From positions 62,001-126,000 of IMG/VR virus record IMGVR_UViG_3300042907_001080: a DNA stretch of 64,000 nt; one strand, 5' to 3'. The position numbers were made by a program, and so were the translations under genes. Shown piece by piece: positions 52,476 to 61,400 of the stretch (position 1 is its first letter; the number at the start of each line of letters is the position of its first letter). The notes beneath the pieces were generated by a model. That model was not told where the DNA came from and searched no databases. It saw only the letters and a list, made by a program, of their open reading frames with translations.

Positions 52476-55400
52476 TGGCTGATAATACATTTCCTAAAAG
52501 CGAGTTGCCTATACGCAGATCAGTCGAATTACTACCTACAATTTTTCAAACTCCTGCTAATGATAAATTTTTATCTGCAGTAGTTGATCCGCTGATTCAA
52601 CCCGGTGTGTTAGATAAAGTAGTAGGTTATGTGGGTCGTAGATATGACAAAACCTATAACGGCAATGACGTATATGTTGATACAGATGCTACTTTGAGAA
52701 GCAGCTATCAGCTCGAACCTGGAGTCATATTTAAAAATCATGATAAAATAGAAAATTTCTATGACTACATAGATGTCAAAAATCAACTGAAATTTTTTGG
52801 AAATTCCATTGAACGAGATGACAAGCTGACCGATCAAACTCACTACACATGGAACCCTCCCATAGATTGGGACAAATTCATAAACTATCGTGAATACTAT
52901 TGGGAACCATTAGGTCCACGCAGCATTAATATTACTGGTCAATCTGCGGACATAGTCAGCACATATAAAGTTGTGCTAGGAACAACAAGAAATTCATTTG
53001 TCTTTAGTCCTGACAGCTACACGAATAATCCCACTCTAACTTTATTCCGCGGCCAAACATATAAATTTAAAATTAATGCTCCTGACGAAGGCTTTAACTT
53101 ACGCACCAATTTTGATTCCGGCTCACTACTGTTTCGACCCAACCAACCGTATCGTGCAGGAAGTTTTGCTGTGTATGATTCAAAATTATGGAGAGCAATT
53201 CGTGATGTGTCTGTTTTAGATGCCAGTTCTATTGCCATTGATAGTCAAGATTGGCAGTTTGTTGAATCAGCTAACCAAGGCGCAGCACTTGCCTATGACA
53301 AGGGTGTTACAAACAACGGAATTGAAAACGGAACATTGACTTTTACTGTGCCGTATGATGCACCCGATGTCCTTTATTATCAAAGCAACATCACTCCCGA
53401 TGCATTTGGTAGATTCGTCATCTCCGACATAGAAGAAAATACAGCGATTAATGTAGAGCTAGAGATACTTGGAAAAACCACATATACCAGCGGCAATGCT
53501 GTGGAGTTTTCAAACGGAATGATTGTGGAATTCGATGGCAAAGTCACTCCCTCAAAATATGCCAAAGACCTGTGGTTGGTAGAAGGAGTAGGCACGGCTA
53601 TTACCTTAACACGATTCACCGATCTAGTTGTGCCGGAGTTAAGCGCAAACGTTCCTGAAATATTATTCGACAACGAAGGCTTTGATACTCAGCCGTTTGA
53701 CGATGCCACTGAATATGCTGCATTTAAAGATTATATCACTATCGCTAGAAACAGCCTAGACAACAATCCGTGGAGCCGATATAATCGTTGGTTTCATCGG
53801 TCAGTATTGGAAAAAGCCTACAAACTACGAGGGCAAGATTTTCCAGCCACAGAAACTTCTAGAGCCAAACGGCCTATAATCGAATTTCTGCCTAATCTAC
53901 AACTGATTAATCATGGAACCACGGCAAAAATGTCTGTGGATTACATTGATACAAATACTGCCGATGTATTTTCAACCATCGAAGGATCGACGGGCTACAG
54001 TGTAGATGGTGAATTTTTATTCAACGGTGCAAGAATTTTAGTGATAGCAGACACTGATAGATTAGCAAACAACAAAATCTACACAGTGCAATTTATCACT
54101 CATACTAATTCAAAACAGATACATTTGCAGGAAACTGAAGATACAGAATCAATACTTGGACAAGGGGTAGTTGTCACCAGAGGCAACAAAAACAAAGGAT
54201 TGATGTATCACTTTAACGGATCAAACTGGGTAGCTAGTCAGCGAAAAACCACAGTTAATCAACCACCATTGTTTGATGTTTTTGACAGCGATGGAATAAG
54301 TTTCGGTGATACCACAACGTATTCCGACACAGAGTTTTTAGGTTCGCATCTCCTTAGCTATAAGCCCGGCAATGGTAGAATCGACAGCGAGTTAGGTTTT
54401 AGACTTAGTTATCTCAATATAGACAATATTGGAGACATTGAATTTAATTGGAATTGGGAAACACAAACGTTTCGATACAGTGTCGATAGAAAGCCTGTGA
54501 CACAAAAAATCTCTACTGGTTTTTATAAACTGGGATCTGATGTGTTTGCCAACGGGTGGCAGAAATTAAACAATACATATATCCAACCAATAATTGATAA
54601 TCTTATAGTAGACACTGCTACTGATACATTGACATTTAACACAGTGAAATGGGATAATCTCACAGTCGATCCCGATATAAATTTTTATCTCAACGGAAAC
54701 AGATATCTAGGTAATTGGACTCGAAGTCGAAATGTATTTGTATTTGATAAAACATTTGCTGCCAAAGATGCCGTGGTAATCAAGATCATTGCTGACATAG
54801 AACCTGATCAAGGATATTATGAAATGCCAATAGGCATTGAAAAGAATCCCCTTAACACTGCAATTCAATCATTTACACTCGGGCAGGCCACTAATCATAT
54901 TGCCAGTGCGATAGAATGGGACAACGAGTTTATTGGTATTTTACCAGGAGTCAGCAATCTAAGAGATCTTCAAGATTACAGATATCATGCGTCAAGATTT
55001 TTAAAACACAGCGGTAATACGCCGTTGGCAGTAATGGCATTATGTGACAAAACCCATAACATAGTCAAAGCCATACAATATGCTGAAAAAGAATATACAA
55101 TTTTTAAAAATAATTTTTTACAACGGTCTGTAGAAATCGATTACAATGATACAGTAAATGATTTTGTAGATGACATCATCAATAGTCTTACATCTGTAAA
55201 AACTGCACAAGATGCATTTGCTGATTCAGATATGATCGGAGCAGGCGCATTTACTGCGTTGACCACAGTGGTAGAAGACACAGGGATACGCACGTTTTCC
55301 TTGTCACAACCATTTGATCTTACAAAGCCTAGTAGCAGAGCAGTGTATGTATACAAAAATGACACACAGTTATTACATGGTGTTGACTATGTGTTTGACG

Positions 55401-58400
55401 TGACATTTAGCTTTGTGAAATTATTAGTAACACTAGAGTTATTAGATATCATAGAAATCAGAGAATATCTCAGTACATCTACTAATCATATCCCACCTAC
55501 CCCGACCTCTATGGGACTGTATAAAAAATACACTCCTTCCAAATTTCTCGATGACACATATCAAGAGCCTAGATATGTCATACAAGGTCACGACGGCAGT
55601 ATAACAGCAGCTTACGGAGATTACAGAGATGACCTACTATTGGAATTAGAATTACGTATCTACAACAATATCAAGCAGGAATATGATTCTGCAGTGTTCG
55701 ATATAGATCAAATATTAGCCGGTTATTATGGAGTTGGTGAATACACCAAAACTCAGCTAGACAGTGTGATAGTCCAAGATTTTTTGAAATGGATACAAAA
55801 TACCAATATCAATTATACTGTAAATGAATATTTTGACAGTGAAAACTCATTCACTTATACCTATTCAAACATGTCTGACCCCACCAAGACCAAAAACATA
55901 CCTGGTTGGTGGAGAGGAGTGTATCAACATTTCTATGACACAGACAGACCACATCGCTGTCCTTGGGAAATGTTGGGATTCAGTCAACAACCGGACTGGT
56001 GGGAAGCCGAATACGGGGCCGCTCCTTATACCAGCAATAACTTGATATTGTGGGAAGATCTCGAAGCCGGCATTATTCGCCAAGGCGTTCGAGCAGGTCG
56101 TTATGATAGATACAAACGACCCGGGTTATCGTCGCACGTCCCTGTAGACGGTGACGGCAAGTTGCTGAGTCCGTTGGATTCGAATCTTGCAAAAGATTTT
56201 TCGTTGATTAATAATCGCGGACCTTTCGTACTAGGAGATGTCAGTCCAGTTGAACATGCCTGGCGATCTAGTTCAGAATGGCCCTATGCAGTAATCACAG
56301 CCATGTGTGTGATGAAACCATTCGAATATATTCCTGACAATTTTGATAGATCAAAATTCACCAAAAATAAACTAGATCAATATATAAATTCAGACACAGG
56401 ATTGTTTGTAACTATCTCAGATGTTGCAAGGCATGTGTCTGAAGCTAATAATATAGGCCTAGTGAGATATCTCACTAGTTACATAAAATCACAAGGCTTG
56501 CCTGTAGATAGTCTACAGAAAAAAATAGAAAAATTAGATGTGGCCCTAAGTTTTAGAATGAGTGGATTCGTAGATCAGCAACAACAGAAGTATCTACTAG
56601 ACTCTAAAAATCCTTCTGCTAAATCTAAAAGTATTTTCATACCTCCTGAAAACTATGATATTATATTCAATGTCAGCAGTCCAGTAACTACGGTTAGTTA
56701 CAGTGGAGTTCGATTAGAAAAAACTGGAGGCGGCTGGATAGTAGCAGGTTATGATGACATACATCCCTATTTCAATTATCATCAGCCACAAGCCAGCAGC
56801 AAAGATCCAGTGATTTCAGTAGGCGGTTTAAGTGAACCGTTCACAGACTGGGTTGAAGAAAAAAACTACAATAACGGTGTATTAGTAAGATATCAAAGCA
56901 ATTTTTATCGTGCATTGAAGACACATCGCAGTACCGACGAGTTTGATCGCAATCAATGGCAGAAATTAAGAGACGTTCCTAAATTAGGCGCGGTAGAAGC
57001 ACTGAGAAGACGAGTTTTTAATACCATCACAGTGCGACAGATGAGCTATGGCACATTGCTAACCAGTATACAACAAGTGGTGGATCTGTTGTTAGGTTAT
57101 GACAGTTATCTTAAAACACAGGGTATTGTATTCAATAACTATGATCCTCAGAATGCTACTAGCCAGGATTGGTTAAGTGCTGCCAAAGAATTTATGTTTT
57201 GGACCAAACACAATTGGGAACCTGGCGCAATTATAGCTCTAAGCCCCTCAGCGCAAAAATTAGAAATTAATGTGCCTGTAGGAACACCGGATAATCTCTT
57301 AGACGGATTCTATGACTACCAGATACTTAAAGGCGATGGCACAGTATTGGCTCCTAGATTTATTAATGTTAATAGAAGTTTTCAGAATTTTAAATTAGAA
57401 ACAACAAATACCACTGACGGTATATATTACGCACGGTTACATTATGTTATCAAAGAGCATGTAACTGTATTTGATGATCGTACCGTATTTAATGATATCA
57501 TCTATGACAAGACCACAGGATACCGGCAAGGACGCATAAAAATGCAGGCTTTCCGTACAGTAGATTGGGACGGAGATTACACCAGTCCAGGATTTTTATT
57601 CGACAATGTCGATATACAAGTTTGGCAACCGTTCAAAGATTACAAATTAGGAGACATTGTATCTTACAAATCATATAGTTGGACTAGTTTAGTTAATCAA
57701 TTAGGTTCGGAAAACTTTAACGATGCGACGTGGACTAAATTAGATTCCACTCCTGTTAAACAACTGGTTTCTAATTTTGATTACAAAATAAATCAGTTCA
57801 GTGACTACTTTGAAACTACATCACAAGGTATAAATCAAAGTCAACGAGAACTTGCTAGACACGCTATAGGATATCAACAGCGAGATTATCTACAAAATCT
57901 AGCAGAAGATTCTGTGAGCCAATTTCAACTATATCAAGGATTTATCAGAGAAAAAGGTACAGCAAACAGCATAACCAAGATATTTGATAAGTTAAGTAGA
58001 TCTTCGGCAGGCAGTGTTACTCTCAATGAAGAATGGGCATTTAGACTAGGACAAGTTGGCGGCACGGACCAGTTTACAGAAGTTGAAATACAGTTGGAAA
58101 AAGCTAAATTTAAACTGAATCCTCAGCTGCACATTTCTAATCTCTCAGTGAATTCCCAAGTTGTAGATTCATTCTATCGTATCACTGCCACCGATTTCAC
58201 TATTGCTCCTGTGCCCTACACAGCGGATTTTTTACCTACTACGACACAGACTGAGCCGTTGTTCACAGCTGGTTACGTAAGTGCCGGTCAGTATCAACAT
58301 ACTATTCGAACCTTGGATGATTTAACTACCTTAGCCATCGATACAGTTAACGAAAATGATCACATCTGGGTGACGTTTTATCAAGATTCGTGGCAAGTTC

Positions 58401-61400
58401 TACGAGTAAATGAATCTTCGCTGCTTTATGTAGTGGCAGTAGCCAGACCAGACGATACCATAGTGATACTAACACTAAATCGTCCACACGTTATATCAGT
58501 TGATGACTACATAGGTATTCGTGAAATTGCAAATCTGCAAGGATTTTTCAAGATCAGTGCAGTAACAAACACAACCATAACAATCACAGTAAACGCAGAT
58601 ATAGATGATCCTGAGATAGACACAAGTACCACAGCTAATCTGCAGTTACTAACCGTTGCTAGATTTTTTGATTATTCTAATATTGATCAACAGGCCGCAG
58701 CACTGTTAAAAAACAAATCTTTGGTCTTTGTTGATAATAATAAAAATGATCAATGGGAAGTTATTGAAAAGAATAAAACTTATTCTGCAAAAAATATAGA
58801 CAGTATTGGGATATCTAATCCATTAGGCTTAGGCACTAAGGTCATATATGACAATGCTAATAAACATACTATTGTTGCTATTCCTCAGTCAGGTTTTGTA
58901 AATGTATATGTGGAAACTGATACAGGCCTTTCGTTAAAACAAATCATAGCACCGCCAGTTGGTTTCTTTGAAACAGCGTTAGGATCGTTTGGCGACAAGA
59001 TAGCAGTTAGTCCGGACGGCAAATATCTTGTAATAGGTGCTCCTACAGCCAGCGGAGTGACCAGTAGATTTCGAGGTGCTTGGGCAGTAGATGTGTTTTA
59101 TGCACAGGATGATATTGTCGTATATGGCGGTAGATTGTATCGAGCTCTGAACGCTAACACAGCAGTCGTTGACGGTAGTTCGGAAATAGCTGTAAATTCA
59201 GATGACTGGATCCCCCATACCACAGTCATTCCTGCACAGACATCAGCAAGCGATTTTGGATACTATCAGCAGGGCATGGTTGCTATCTATGAATTTGTCG
59301 GCGGCAGGTATGTCAATGTCTCAGCATTTGTGTCTCCTAGACCCGCTGACAATGAAAAATTTGGTTCTGAAATTGCCATTGGCGTAAACGGATCTGAATA
59401 CTATTTGGCAGTATCTGCTGTAGGATCTTACAACAACACAGGCAGGGTATATCTCATCAAAGGCACAGGAACAGAGTGGATACATATGGAAAATCCTTTG
59501 TATAAAGGCATATACAATCTATCCGATTCCTACAAGCAAGGTGACATAGTATGGCAAGCAGCACAAGATCCTATCTTAGAAACAGCACGTGGCAATTTAT
59601 GGCAGAGTCTAGACGGATCAACATCAGATGGAAGCACTATCACTCTTGATTCACAGAATTGGCTGAAAGTTAGCGACATATCAACACACTGCTCTCTACC
59701 AACAAATATCTCTGTGGAAGATGATGGTTCCACACAGGAGTTTACAACCACTGGACTGTTAACTAACACTCAGAAAGCAGAACTAGTCAAGCAAGGAGAT
59801 CAGTTTGGTTTTTCTATGGCCATGAGTGGCGATGGAAATATTTTAGTTATAGGTGCTCCAAACAGCGATGGACAATATTTTGCAAACTATCGAGGACTAT
59901 GGAGACCAGACGTTGAATATGTTGAAGGAGAGACTGTAAGATTTCAAGGATCACCTGGCACAGCATATCAATATTATCAATTAGGTAACACATTTGACAG
60001 TACAGACAGCACGTATCGTAGCTATAATGAAGATCCATCTGCTAGTGTTAATTGGCATCAGGTAGGAGACAGCACTACTACACCTAGCGGTAAGATTTTT
60101 GTATATAAAAAAACTGCATACGATTCCTATGAATTTGTTCAAATGATCAATGCTGGCACACTGTCGTCGTTCACCGACATAGATTCTGGGTTGGTGATTA
60201 GTACTGGGGATCAGTTTGGATTTGCCATGGATTTAGATGCCAATGGAAATACACTAGTAGTTTCTAGTCCTAGGTCAGATGTAAACTATCAAGATCAAGG
60301 TGCAGTATATGTGTTAGAATTAGATCAATCAACAACTGAATTCCGAGTAAAACAGCGTCTGCAAAGTTATGAAATCTATGCTGATGAATATTTTGGTTTT
60401 GCCGTATCAGTGAGTCCAGACAGTTCTAAAATAGCAGTCGGTGCTAGAAATACAAAAACACCTTTCTCTATCAATTTTGATCTACTAGAAGGCACAACAT
60501 TTGATAATGCAAGAACAAGATTTTATATTGATCAAGGATTTACTGGTGGTGTCTATGTGTTTGACAACAAAGATCAAATATTCTTTCTTACAGAAAAACT
60601 AGACAGCGATCTACAGACAGACGAATCATTTGGACACAGCATAGACTGTATAGGTTCAAAAATACTAGTAGGATCACCTTATTATAAAAACACATCTACC
60701 AAAGCATATCAAGGCATAGCACGTCTGTTCACAGCTAGTGCAGATGCAAGTTGGACTGTGCTTACAAGCCAACGACCATTGGTAGATTTAAGAAAAATTA
60801 AAAAAATTGAACTTTATGACAATGTAAACAATGTAAAAATACAAGACATAGATTTCGTCGATGCAGCTAGAGGAAAAATTCTTAATATAGCTGAGCAAGA
60901 AATAAAATACAAAACTCCATATGATCCTGCAGTGTATTCAATAGGAACTGCTGAAGTAGTAGTAGATTCCACAATAAACTGGTTAGAAAAAAATGTAGGA
61001 AAATTATGGTGGAATACTAGCACTGCAAAATTTCAATATGCAGAACAAAAAGATTCTGCTTACAAAACAGGAAATTGGAATCAACAGGCAGTGGGTTCGA
61101 GCATAGATGTGTATGAGTGGGTCGAAACTGTGTTATTGCCTAACGAATGGGCAGCATTGGCAGACACTAATGCAGGACTAGCTCAAGGAGTTAGCGGACA
61201 ACCATTATATCCCAACAATGATGTTTACAGTGTGAAATTTTTCTTTAGCCCAACCACTGGACTTGTCTCAGAAACATTATATTATTATTGGGTACGTAGC
61301 AAAGCTGTGACACCATCTAATATGCCAGATCGAACAAAATCAGCTGCTGATGTGGCCGGATTAATTGCAAATCCAGCAGGATCAAATCTAGCTTTTGTTG